Shown here: positions 49,200-58,160 of the stretch, one piece after another
Layout of the letters: every line of letters begins with the position of its first letter
Numbering within the stretch: position 1 is the stretch's first letter
From: an uncultured Candidatus Rokubacteria bacterium
GTDB lineage: Bacteria; Methylomirabilota; Methylomirabilia; Rokubacteriales; CSP1-6
Assembly: GCA_963762145.1 (NCBI GenBank)
Contig: CAVXJS010000014.1
Span: forward strand, 384,001-448,000
Direction of reading: 5' to 3'
Length of the DNA stretch: 64,000 nt
Program-made: the position numbers and the translations under genes
Notes under the pieces: model-generated
What the model was told of the DNA's origin: nothing
Seen by the model: only the letters and a program-made list of their open reading frames with translations
Databases searched by the model: none

Positions 49200-50987
49200 T
49201 TACGTCCGGTACCAGTAGGCGATCCGGCCGAAGATCGAGTCCCACGAGTTCAGCTCGATACCGGCCAGGTTGTTGCCGGCGGCGTGGATCACGTTGCGCA
49301 ACGTCACCGGGATCACGATCGCCTTCTGCACCACGAGGTCGTTCATCTTGATGAACAGCTCGGTCCGCTTGACCGGGTCCATCTCCACCTCGGCCCGGCG
49401 CCACAGCCGATCGTACTCCGCGTTCCGCCAGCGCACGATGTTCCGTCCCGTCCAGCCGTTCTCCTTGGTGGGCACCTCCCAGGAGACGAACTGGGCCATG
49501 AAGAGCTGCGGATCGAGGCCGGTGAACACGGTGTAGGTCTGCAGATCGGCGTGGAAGCGGACGTTGGTGTCGACGTTGTTGACGTCCGCGGCGAAGAACA
49601 CCGAGGCCGGGATCGCCTTGATCTCCATCTCGACGCCCGCGCGCGCGGCCGCCTGCTTGATCACCAGCTGGACCTTCTGCACGGTTGCGTTGGCGGCGGC
49701 CTGATAGAGTAAGCGCAGCCGCCGGCCGGCCTTGGCGCGCACCCCGTCGGCGCCGCGCACGAAGCCCGCCTGCTCCAGGATGTCGTTGGCCTTGTCGACG
49801 TTGAACTCCCAGGTCGTATTCCGCGAGCGGAAGCGATCGGGCGAGGCCAGGAAGTTGGCCGTGATCTGGCCGGTGCGGCCGACCAGGTGCTCCTGGATGG
49901 ACTCGCGGTCCACCAGCAGGCTCAGCGCGCTGCGCACCGGCTGCTCGCTCAGCAGCGGGTGGGGAGCCTTGAGGCTCGAGCGCTCGCCGTCCATCTCGCG
50001 GGCCGGATCCGTCTGGTTGCACTGGATGAAGCTCACCCCGCTGCTCGGGATCGTGAGGACGCGGCCCTTGCCGCCCTGCTCGATCCGCCGCAGGACCTCC
50101 TCCTCCACCAGCACGTAGTAGGCGAAATCGTACTCGCCGGTCTGCAGCACCGCGCGGGCCGCCCCCACCGCGTCGCCGCCGCACTTGATCTCGAGCTGGT
50201 CGAAGAACGGGCGGTTCGGCACGTGGTAGGTCTTGTTGATCTCGGCGCGGATGAAGTCGCCCGGCCGCCACTCGGCGAGCCGGTAGGGCCCGGTGCCCAC
50301 CGCGGGGATCATGCCGATGGCCTCGCGGGCGCCGGCTCCCTTGACCTTCTCGAAGAGGTGCCGCGGGAGCAGCCCGCCGCCCGTGAAAGCGGCGTCCCAG
50401 GAGGGCTGGGGCTTCTTGAAGACGAGCTTCACGGTGTGGGAGTCGATCCGCTCGATTCGCGTGATGTCCTCGTAGGCCCCGCGGGTGCCCGCGGCGGTCG
50501 AGGGGTCGATGGCGAACTCCCAGTTGAAGATCACGTCGTCGGCGGTGAACGGGGCGCCGTCGTGCCACACCACGTTGCGCTTGAGTCGCCACGTCACCCA
50601 CTGGCCGTCCTTGGACAGCGTGCCCGCCTTGAGCGAGGGAAGCTCCTGGGCCAGGACCGGCACCAGGGTGCCGTCGGCGGCGGGGGCGGCGAGGGGCTCG
50701 TAGAAGATCCGCTGGACCGTGAAGTCGCGGAGGCCGCGGCCGAAGTGGGGGTGGAGCAGGGTGGGGGCATCCCACATCAGGATGCGAAGCGTGCCGCCCC
50801 CGCCGCGCCGGGTGGGCGCGAGCTCGGCCTCGCGCGGCTGCGCGGTGGCCACGCCCGCCGCGCCCAGGAGGCGGCCGGCTACCGGACCGGCGAGGCCGGC
50901 CGCGGCGAGCGCCTGCACGAAATGTCGGCGTGTGAGGCCGCCCTGCCTCACCTGCCCCAGCATCTCCCGAAGGGTCGCTTCGTCCAT
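49200..50987 (-). CDS. Peptide ABC transporter substrate-binding protein (Tat-like signal)
   Basis: LTRRHFV twin-arginine motif, WHDGAPFTADDV, VGTGPY. Confidence 0.9.
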   Translation of the reverse strand: MDEATLREMLGQVRQGGLTRRHFVQALAAAGLAGPVAGRLLGAAGVATAQPREAELAPTRRGGGGTLRILMWDAPTLLHPHFGRGLRDFTVQRIFYEPLAAPAADGTLVPVLAQELPSLKAGTLSKDGQWVTWRLKRNVVWHDGAPFTADDVIFNWEFAIDPSTAAGTRGAYEDITRIERIDSHTVKLVFKKPQPSWDAAFTGGGLLPRHLFEKVKGAGAREAIGMIPAVGTGPYRLAEWRPGDFIRAEINKTYHVPNRPFFDQLEIKCGGDAVGAARAVLQTGEYDFAYYVLVEEEVLRRIEQGGKGRVLTIPSSGVSFIQCNQTDPAREMDGERSSLKAPHPLLSEQPVRSALSLLVDRESIQEHLVGRTGQITANFLASPDRFRSRNTTWEFNVDKANDILEQAGFVRGADGVRAKAGRRLRLLYQAAANATVQKVQLVIKQAAARAGVEMEIKAIPASVFFAADVNNVDTNVRFHADLQTYTVFTGLDPQLFMAQFVSWEVPTKENGWTGRNIVRWRNAEYDRLWRRAEVEMDPVKRTELFIKMNDLVVQKAIVIPVTLRNVIHAAGNNLAGIELNSWDSIFGRIAYWYRT

Positions 50988-51121
50988 GGATTCCCGGTTG
51001 GGGGGTCCGACATCGATAGCGCGGGGCGCCGGGGAAGTCAAGGGCCCAAGTCCCTTGTCGCTCCGGAAGGAATCGGGGACAATACGGCGCCGCCCATCCG
51101 GCCCCAGGAGACCGATCGCCC

Positions 51122-52192
51122 ATGAATCTCATCTCGGAGCGCCTCGACGTCGACGATTACGACGAAGCGGTGGAGCTCTTCTATCAGCGAAACTGGACGG
51201 ACGGGCTCCCGGTCGTGCTGCCCACGCGGCGGCGGGTGGAGGCGATGATCGCGGGGGCGGGCCGAGACCCTCAGGAGAGCCTCGGCCCGGTGCCCCCCAA
51301 GGGAGGCCCCGCGACCGTCGAGAAGCTGGCGATCAACGCGGTGATGGGCGGCTGCCTGCCCGCGCACTTCCCGGTGGTGCTGGCCGCGGTGGAGGCGCTC
51401 CTCGACCCGGCCCACAATCTCAACGGGGTGAGCCAGACCACCCACATGTGCGTGCCCCTCGTCATCGTCAACGGCCCGATCGCGCGCGAGCTCGGGTTCA
51501 ACTCGCGCGACGGCGTCTTCGGCAACGGCTACCGGGCCAACGCGGCGGTGGGGCGCGCGGTGCGCCTGGCGCTGTGGAACCTGGGCGGCGCGGTGCCGTG
51601 GGATACCGACAAGGCCACGCTCTCCCATCCGGGCGAGTACGCGTTCTGCATCGCGGAGGAGGAGGAAGACAACCCGTGGCCGCCACTGCACGTCGAGCGC
51701 GGCTGCCCGCCGGGGTCCGACGCGGTGACCATCTTTGCGTGCGAGGCGCCCCACAGCGCGTTCTGCTACGGCACGCCGGAGGAGATGCTGCACGTGCTCA
51801 CCGACTCCATGTGCGGGCTCGGCAACAACAACATGCACGTCATGGGACAAATGCTGGTGGTACTGAACCCCCTCAACGCCGAGGAGTTCGCCAAGCGTGG
51901 CTGGTCCAAGACCGACGTGCGCCGCTACCTCTGGGAGCACGCGCGGCGGCCGATCGCGCAGGTGCGGGCCTGCGGGGTGGTGCACGAGCAGTTCCGGAAG
52001 ATGGAGCGCGACGCCGGCCGCTACCCGCTCCGCTACGACCTCGACAACCCGACCACCCGCGTCCCGGTCTCCGCGGAGCCGGACGACATCCACATCGTGG
52101 TCGCGGGCGGCCGCAGCTACTTCGCGGCGGTCCTGCCCGGGTGGGGCGGCTTCGGGGGCTTCGCGGTCACCCGTGCGATCCGGAGGGCCTGA
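51122..52192 (+). CDS. Conserved hypothetical protein of the type found next to UGSC proteins
   Basis: WTDGLPVVLPT, TVEKLAINAVMGGC, NGPIARELG.N, RANAAVGRA, IAEEEE..PW, IVVAGG. Confidence 0.75.
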   Translation: MNLISERLDVDDYDEAVELFYQRNWTDGLPVVLPTRRRVEAMIAGAGRDPQESLGPVPPKGGPATVEKLAINAVMGGCLPAHFPVVLAAVEALLDPAHNLNGVSQTTHMCVPLVIVNGPIARELGFNSRDGVFGNGYRANAAVGRAVRLALWNLGGAVPWDTDKATLSHPGEYAFCIAEEEEDNPWPPLHVERGCPPGSDAVTIFACEAPHSAFCYGTPEEMLHVLTDSMCGLGNNNMHVMGQMLVVLNPLNAEEFAKRGWSKTDVRRYLWEHARRPIAQVRACGVVHEQFRKMERDAGRYPLRYDLDNPTTRVPVSAEPDDIHIVVAGGRSYFAAVLPGWGGFGGFAVTRAIRRA

Positions 52193-52195
52193 GCG

Positions 52196-52705
52196 ATGGA
52201 GATCCTGAGCCCGGTCTGGCCCGAGCCCGGTGCGGGCGGCTCCACGGCCGCGCGGCCGCGCGCGCTCGCGGGGGCCACCATCGCCCTGGTGGACGACAAT
52301 CTCGACATCCCGTTCACCACCCACCTCGAGACGCTCCTGAGCCGCGAGCACGGGGCCGCGGTGCGGAGGCTCGTGAAGCCGTCCGGCACCGCGCCCTCGC
52401 CGCGCGCCCTCATCGACGAGGCCGCGGCCGCCGCGAGCGCGGCGGTGGTGGGCATCGGGCTCTGAGGCTCGTGCACGTCGGGCAGTGTGCTCGACGCCGC
52501 CGCGCTGGAGGAGCGAGGGATCCATACCGTGACGATCGTCTGGGACAACTTCGAGAACGCGGCGCGCATGCAGGCGCGCCTGCAGAACGTGCCTGACCTG
52601 GCCCTGGTGGTGATCCCTCACCGGAAGGGGGGAGAGACCGCGGAGGACCAGCGGCGCAAGGCGGAGGCCGCGCTCGCCGACGTCGTCGCGGGGCTGCTCC
52701 GGTGA
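52196..52705 (+). CDS. UGSC-family selenoprotein (UGA at 52463-52465 read as Sec; 169 aa)
   Basis: ORFs 52196-52465 and 52487-52705 are in the same frame. The junction reads VVGIGL-U-GSCTSGSVLDA (UxxC) and a hairpin follows the UGA. Confidence 0.85.
52476..52496 (+). other. Candidate bacterial SECIS element
   Basis: CGTCGGGCA-GTG-TGCTCGACG forms a 9-bp stem with one G-U pair and a G-starting loop. The stem starts after a 10-nt spacer from the UGA. Confidence 0.7.
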
Positions 52706-52830
52706 ACCGGCTCTCCTGGATCATGACCGCGGCGGCGGCCCTCGCCATCGCGTCGGGCAGCCTCGGGGGCTCGTCGGAGTCCGCGCTCGTGGAAGCGGTG
52801 GGGCAGGCCCTGCGGATGCTCGGGCTGTGA
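52702..52830 (+). CDS. Small hypothetical protein (42 aa)
   Basis: MNRLSWIMTAAAALAIASGSLGGSSESALVEAVGQALRMLGL, with GTGA overlaps to both neighbours. Confidence 0.5.
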   Translation: MNRLSWIMTAAAALAIASGSLGGSSESALVEAVGQALRMLGL

Positions 52831-53339
52831 TCGCGCGGCTCTCCTGGGCCGCCGCGCTGCTGGCCGGCATCGCCACGCTGATCATCGCGATGCTGATCTC
52901 CGCCGACGTCCTGCTCCGCTACTTCTTCAACTCGCCGCTGCTCTTCGTGGACGAGGTCGCGAGCTTTCTCCTGGTGCTGGTGATCTTCGGGGGTCTCGCC
53001 TACACCGCCCTGTGCGGCGCGCACGTGCGAGTGGACCTGGTCACCACGCACCTGCCGCCGGCGCTGCGCGCCTGGCTGCGGGCCGGCGGCCTGGTGCTGG
53101 GCATCGTCTTCATCCTCGTGGTGTCGTGGACCACGCTCCAGTCCGCGCTCACCGCCTACCGGTACGGGCGGGTGTCCACCGTCATGCTGTACCCGCTCTG
53201 GGTGCCGATGCTGCTGATCCCCGCCGGCCTCATTCTGATGAGCGCGGTGATGCTCGGCGCGCTCCGCCGGCAGGTCCGCGCCGCGCTGGGGCCGCCCGCC
53301 GGCCGCGATGAGCTGCCGCTGTCCCAGGAGCCCCGTTGA
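52827..53339 (+). CDS. TRAP transporter small permease (DctQ-like)
   Basis: ADVLLRYFFNSPL...DEVA, HVRVDLV, four TM segments. Confidence 0.9.
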   Translation: MIARLSWAAALLAGIATLIIAMLISADVLLRYFFNSPLLFVDEVASFLLVLVIFGGLAYTALCGAHVRVDLVTTHLPPALRAWLRAGGLVLGIVFILVVSWTTLQSALTAYRYGRVSTVMLYPLWVPMLLIPAGLILMSAVMLGALRRQVRAALGPPAGRDELPLSQEPR

Positions 53340-54649
53340 CCGACGCCCTGCTCGGGAGCCTGCTGATCGGGCTCATGTTCCTCCTCCTGGCCCTCGGGCT
53401 CGAAGTGTCCATCGCGCTCGGGCTGGTCGGCCTGCTCGGGCTACTCTATCTCAAGGGCTTCTCGGTGGGCCTGGGCGTCATCGGATCCATCGCCTGGTCC
53501 AACGCGACCAGCTTCTCGTTCATCGCGGTGCCGCTCTTCGTGTTCATGAGCGGCATCCTGCTGCACTCGGGCATCGGCCGCGGTCTCTTCCGGGCCATGG
53601 CGCGCTGGGTCGGCTTCCTGCCCGGCGGGCTCGCGGTGGCCAGCATCTTCTCCTGCGCGGTGTTCGCGGCGGTGTCGGGCTCGAGCGTGGCCACCGCGGC
53701 GACCATCGGCATGATCGCGATCCCCGAGATGGAGCGCCGCGGCTACCGCCGCAGCGTGATCATCGGCTCGCTGGCCGCGGGAGGCACGCTCGGCATCCTG
53801 ATCCCGCCGTCGATCCCGATGATCATCTACGGCGTGATGACCGAGACCTCGGTCGGCCACCTCTACATGGCGGGGATCATCCCGGGCGTCATCCTGTCGC
53901 TGACCTTCGCCGCCTACGTGGTCGTCTACGCGATGATCTGGCCGGAGGCGGCCCCGCGCGCGGCCGAGGACCGCGGCTCCTTCGCCTCCAAGCTCGAGGG
54001 GCTCCGCGAGGTCCTCCCGGTCGCGATCCTGATCATGGTGGTGCTGGGTTCGATGTACCTGGGCATCGTCACCCCCACCGAGGCCGCGGCACTGGGCACG
54101 ATGGTGAGCCTGGTGCTCGCCTGGTGGGCCGGGACCCTCACCTGGGCGGCGATGCGGCGCGCCTTCGAGGAGACCGTGCGCACCACCGCGATGGTCATGG
54201 CCATCATCATCTTCGCGGCCATCTTCTCCCACGTCATCGCCCTGATCGGCGCGCCCCGGGCCCTGCTCGCCTACGTGGTCTCGCTCGGGCTGCCCCAGTG
54301 GGCCTTCTTCGCCGCGGTGTTCTCGTTCCTCCTCGTGGTCGCCTACGCCCTCGAGGAGCTGTCGGTGATGATCATCCTGCTGCCGATCCTGTTCCCGCTC
54401 ATCACCGGCCTGGGCTTCGACCCCGTGTGGTTCGGCATCATCATGGTGGTGTGGCTAGAGATCGGCTTCATCACGCCGCCGGTGGGGCTGAACCTCTTCG
54501 TCATCCAGGGGCTGATGCCGGGGAGCACCGCCCGCGAGGTCACGGTGGGCACCACGCCCTTCGTGATCCTGATGATCCTCATGGTGGTCCTGCTCTTCCT
54601 CTTCCCCGATCTGGCGCTCTGGCTTCCCCGCCAGATGATGGCGCGCTAG
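53336..54649 (+). CDS. TRAP transporter large permease (DctM-like)
   Basis: IAVPLF, FAAVSGSSVAT, GTLGILIPPS, TPTEAA, ITPPVGLNLFV. Confidence 0.93.
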   Translation: MTDALLGSLLIGLMFLLLALGLEVSIALGLVGLLGLLYLKGFSVGLGVIGSIAWSNATSFSFIAVPLFVFMSGILLHSGIGRGLFRAMARWVGFLPGGLAVASIFSCAVFAAVSGSSVATAATIGMIAIPEMERRGYRRSVIIGSLAAGGTLGILIPPSIPMIIYGVMTETSVGHLYMAGIIPGVILSLTFAAYVVVYAMIWPEAAPRAAEDRGSFASKLEGLREVLPVAILIMVVLGSMYLGIVTPTEAAALGTMVSLVLAWWAGTLTWAAMRRAFEETVRTTAMVMAIIIFAAIFSHVIALIGAPRALLAYVVSLGLPQWAFFAAVFSFLLVVAYALEELSVMIILLPILFPLITGLGFDPVWFGIIMVVWLEIGFITPPVGLNLFVIQGLMPGSTAREVTVGTTPFVILMILMVVLLFLFPDLALWLPRQMMAR

Positions 54650-54925
54650 CCGCCGGACCCGCAGGCCCCGCGCGGGTTCCGCGCCCGAGGGCCGGATCGG
54701 GTAGATCGTTCCGTCTGGTGCTCGCGCCGGCGGCGGGCCATCGCGTGTCGTTCTCGGCCACGAGAACTCCGCCGAATATCAACTTCCTGGCCCCCGTCTT
54801 TTCCCGCGCATTCGCTCCGCGATCACTACGCGATCATTACGCAATGCGCTGCGCCGGAGCGTCAGAGCTTGGTGGGAAATTACCCACGGTCATAGACTTG
54901 AAGGTAGACGACACCGAGAAGCCGC

Positions 54926-56314
54926 ATGAACATCACCCACCCGTTGCTCGCTCTAGCCATCCTGATCGCGATCGCATGGCCGTCCGTTGCGGCCGGCGAA
55001 TCGCGGTCGCTCGAGGATGCTCTCTTCGAGGAGCCTCGGGTCGAGGAGCGTCCGCGCGACCTGCCTCCGTGGCTCTTCGCCTCCCGCCTCGGCCGGCCTC
55101 TGGAGGATCGCCCTCGTGAAGACTCGGGGCTGAGCGACATGAGCGCGCTGCTGCTCCGCGACCCGCCCAGCGCCCCGATCCAGTCCGATCCCCTCACCCT
55201 GCGGTCCACGGGCGAGGAGGACTCGAGCGACCTTCGCGTGCTGCTCGGCAAGGGCGAGCGCTGGCACCTGATGCGCTTCGGCGCCGCCGCCGCGTCCCGG
55301 CCTCAGGAGGCCAAGTTCACCGCCTACGGCGCCGTCGCCTACATTCCGCCGAGTCTCGGGTCCTCGCGCCCGGAGGGCGGCCTCGGCTACGGGCCGGTGG
55401 TGGCGCCGGGCGCCGCCTTCGGGCTCGGGCTCGATGAGCAGGAGGAGCCGGTCTCCCTGGGTCTCAAGGGCTCGATCAGCGACTTCGAGGGTGGCGCCGA
55501 GTACCGATCGGTCGGCAAGCGGTTCGAGCGCCTCGTGAGCGGGCCGCCGTCGCAGCGAGACCGGGAGGGCACCGAGCTCTGGGTCGCGCAGCGGCTGGGT
55601 CTCCTGCGCCTGCGGCTGACGCAATCCGAGCTGACCGACAATGTGGACCGCAACCCGGCGCTGCCCCGCACCACCCGCGCCCAGACCGCGATCAGCGCTC
55701 AGATCGACCCGCGGGGGTGGCCGATCTTCGGGTTGACCTATGCCACCGGCGATTCGGAGCGCGTGTGGCTGACCGGGGACGGCCGCCCGCGCATGACCGA
55801 GGAGCAGACCTTCGACAGCCTGTCGGGCAACGTCTACTATGGCGGGCCGCGCTGGGACGTCTCGGCCTCCTCCAGCTACATCACGAGCCGGGACGTGGCG
55901 CAGCCCGATCACACGATGGCCATGCTGTATCACGATCTGCGCCTCACGCTGCGGCCGTTCGAGTCCCTCGTCATTGCGCCGGCGGTGAGCACCGGCCTCG
56001 ACCGCTACGAATGGTCGGGCACCCGGAGCAATACGACCTCGACCTCGCTGCTGCTGTCCTACGGACCGCCCACGAGCTGGTGGAAGCTGTGGACGCTCGG
56101 CGCCTACACCGCCTCGCAGGCCAGCGACGGGACCATGGACGGACGCACCCTGAGCCTGAGCGGGGGCCTGTCGTGCGGGCTCGGGCGGCTCCTGGGCGGG
56201 CCGACCAGCCTGTCCTTCCAGGCCGGGTACGAGCGATACGACGACGCGGTGTACCGCGACGGCTCCGCGCGCGGCGTCTTCGGCCTCGTGCGCCTCAAGG
56301 TCGTCTCCTTCTAG
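54926..56314 (+). CDS. Hypothetical exported protein, probable outer-membrane beta-barrel
   Basis: N-terminal signal peptide and an alternating beta-strand pattern rich in S/T/Y/G. Ends GVFGLVRLKVVSF with a terminal Phe. Confidence 0.6.
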   Translation: MNITHPLLALAILIAIAWPSVAAGESRSLEDALFEEPRVEERPRDLPPWLFASRLGRPLEDRPREDSGLSDMSALLLRDPPSAPIQSDPLTLRSTGEEDSSDLRVLLGKGERWHLMRFGAAAASRPQEAKFTAYGAVAYIPPSLGSSRPEGGLGYGPVVAPGAAFGLGLDEQEEPVSLGLKGSISDFEGGAEYRSVGKRFERLVSGPPSQRDREGTELWVAQRLGLLRLRLTQSELTDNVDRNPALPRTTRAQTAISAQIDPRGWPIFGLTYATGDSERVWLTGDGRPRMTEEQTFDSLSGNVYYGGPRWDVSASSSYITSRDVAQPDHTMAMLYHDLRLTLRPFESLVIAPAVSTGLDRYEWSGTRSNTTSTSLLLSYGPPTSWWKLWTLGAYTASQASDGTMDGRTLSLSGGLSCGLGRLLGGPTSLSFQAGYERYDDAVYRDGSARGVFGLVRLKVVSF

Positions 56315-56328
56315 TCGCTCCGCCCATC

Positions 56329-57192
56329 TCACCCGTGGCGCATGCGCGGGTCGAGGTAGTCCTGCAGCGCGTCGCCGAGGATGTTCAGCGACAGCACCAC
56401 CAGGAAGATCGCCAGCCCCGGCAGCAGCGCCACGTGCGGGCTCAGGATCACGAAGGTGCGCGCGGTCGCGAGCATGCTCCCCCAGTCGGCGGTGGGCGGC
56501 TGGGTGCCGAGGCCCAGGAAGGACAGCCCCGCGGTGGCGAGGATCTTCGCGCCGACGTCCAGGCTGAACGCCACCACGACCGGGGCGAGCAGGTGAGGGA
56601 GCAGGTGGCGCCGCAGGATCAGCCGGTCGGTGCTGCCGAGCGCGCGCGCGGCCTCCACGAACTCGCGCTCGCGCAGCGAGAGCACGACCCCGCGCGCGAG
56701 CCGCGTGTAGATGGGGAAGCCCACGATGGCGATGGCCACCATCGCGTTGGCGAGGCCGGGGCCGAGACCGGCCACGATCGCGATGGCGAGCAGGATGTAG
56801 GGGAAGGCCATCAGGATGTCGGTCAGCCGCATCACCAGCATGTCCACCCGGCCGCCCCAGTACCCCGCGTGCACGCCCAGCAGCACGCCGATCAGCATCG
56901 ACGCGGTGGCGGTGCCCACCCCGGCCAGCAGCGAGATGCGCGCGCCCCAGACCAGGCGGGACAGCATGTCGCGGCCGAACTCGTCGGTGCCGAGCCAGTG
57001 CCCGGGGACGCCGGGCGGCCGGAGCCGATTCGGGGTGTCCACCGCGTCCGGATCGATCAGGGGCAGGACGGGCGCGAGCAGGGCGGCCAGCACCGCGGCG
57101 GCCATGACCGCGGCGGCCGCCCACGCGAGGCGATTGCGGGACGTCCGGCGCGTCTCGACCCGGTCCGCGGTGGTGGTCGTCGCCGGCGTCAT
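56329..57192 (-). CDS. Peptide ABC transporter permease (DppC/OppC-like)
   Basis: HWLGTDEFGRD, EFVEAARALG, LSFLGLG, GDALQDYLDP. Confidence 0.92.
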   Translation of the reverse strand: MTPATTTTADRVETRRTSRNRLAWAAAAVMAAAVLAALLAPVLPLIDPDAVDTPNRLRPPGVPGHWLGTDEFGRDMLSRLVWGARISLLAGVGTATASMLIGVLLGVHAGYWGGRVDMLVMRLTDILMAFPYILLAIAIVAGLGPGLANAMVAIAIVGFPIYTRLARGVVLSLREREFVEAARALGSTDRLILRRHLLPHLLAPVVVAFSLDVGAKILATAGLSFLGLGTQPPTADWGSMLATARTFVILSPHVALLPGLAIFLVVLSLNILGDALQDYLDPRMRHG

Positions 57193-58139
57193 TCGTACCG
57201 GATGCGGGGATCGAGCACCGCGTAGAGCAGATCCACCGCGAGGTTGAAGAACACGAAGACGAGGGCGATCACCAGGACGCAGCCCTGCACGAGCGGGAAG
57301 TCGCGCGCCAGGATGCCCTGGATCATCAGCGTGCCCACGCCCGGCCAGGCAAAGACCGTCTCGGTGAAGATGGCGCCGCCCAGCAGGTAGCCGGCCTGCA
57401 CGCCGACCACCGTCACCGTCGGGATCAGCGCGTTGCGGAGGGCGTGGCGCAGGATCACCGCGCGCTCGACCAGTCCCTTGGCCCGCGCGGTGCGCACGAA
57501 GTCCTGGCGGAGGATGTCGAGCAGGGTGGAGCGGGTGAGCCGCGCGATGATCGTCATGGACGCCGCGGCCAGGGTGATCGCGGGCAGGACCAGGTGCGCG
57601 AGCAGGTCGCCCAGCCCGCCGCCCCCGTGGGCCGAGTACATGCCCGAGGCGGGCAGCCATCCGAGCCAGAGTGAAAAGCACACCATGAGCACCAGACCCA
57701 GCCAGAAGCTCGGCATGCTCGCGCCGAAGATGGAGCCGACCGTGCTGAGCCGGTCCACCAGCGAGTTCGGACGCGAGGCGGAGAGCACGCCGAGCGTGAC
57801 TCCGCCCACCGTGGAGAGCAGGAGCGCGGTGGCGGTGAGGAGCAGGGTCGCGCGGAACCGGATCAGCACCTCGCCCAGGACCGGCTGCCGCATCCGGATC
57901 GAGCGGCCGAGATCGCCCTGGAGCACGTGACCCATCCAGCGCACGTACTGCGCCGGGAGCGGCTCGTCGAGTCCGAGGGAGGCGCGCAGGCGGGCCACGT
58001 CCTCCTGGGTGGCCTGCGAGCCCAGCATGATCTCGGCCGGATCGCCGGGCGAGAGATGCAGGACGAGGAACACCACGACGGACACGCCCAGCAGCACCGG
58101 CACCAGCAGGAGCAGGCGACGGAGGAGGTAGCGGCTCAC
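57189..58139 (-). CDS. Peptide ABC transporter permease (DppB/OppB-like)
   Basis: PGDPA, GDLGRS, DFVRTARAKGL, HALRNALIP, ETVFAWPG. Confidence 0.93.
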   Translation of the reverse strand: MSRYLLRRLLLLVPVLLGVSVVVFLVLHLSPGDPAEIMLGSQATQEDVARLRASLGLDEPLPAQYVRWMGHVLQGDLGRSIRMRQPVLGEVLIRFRATLLLTATALLLSTVGGVTLGVLSASRPNSLVDRLSTVGSIFGASMPSFWLGLVLMVCFSLWLGWLPASGMYSAHGGGGLGDLLAHLVLPAITLAAASMTIIARLTRSTLLDILRQDFVRTARAKGLVERAVILRHALRNALIPTVTVVGVQAGYLLGGAIFTETVFAWPGVGTLMIQGILARDFPLVQGCVLVIALVFVFFNLAVDLLYAVLDPRIRYE

Positions 58140-58160
58140 CGGCGGGTCCGGCGCCCCCGG

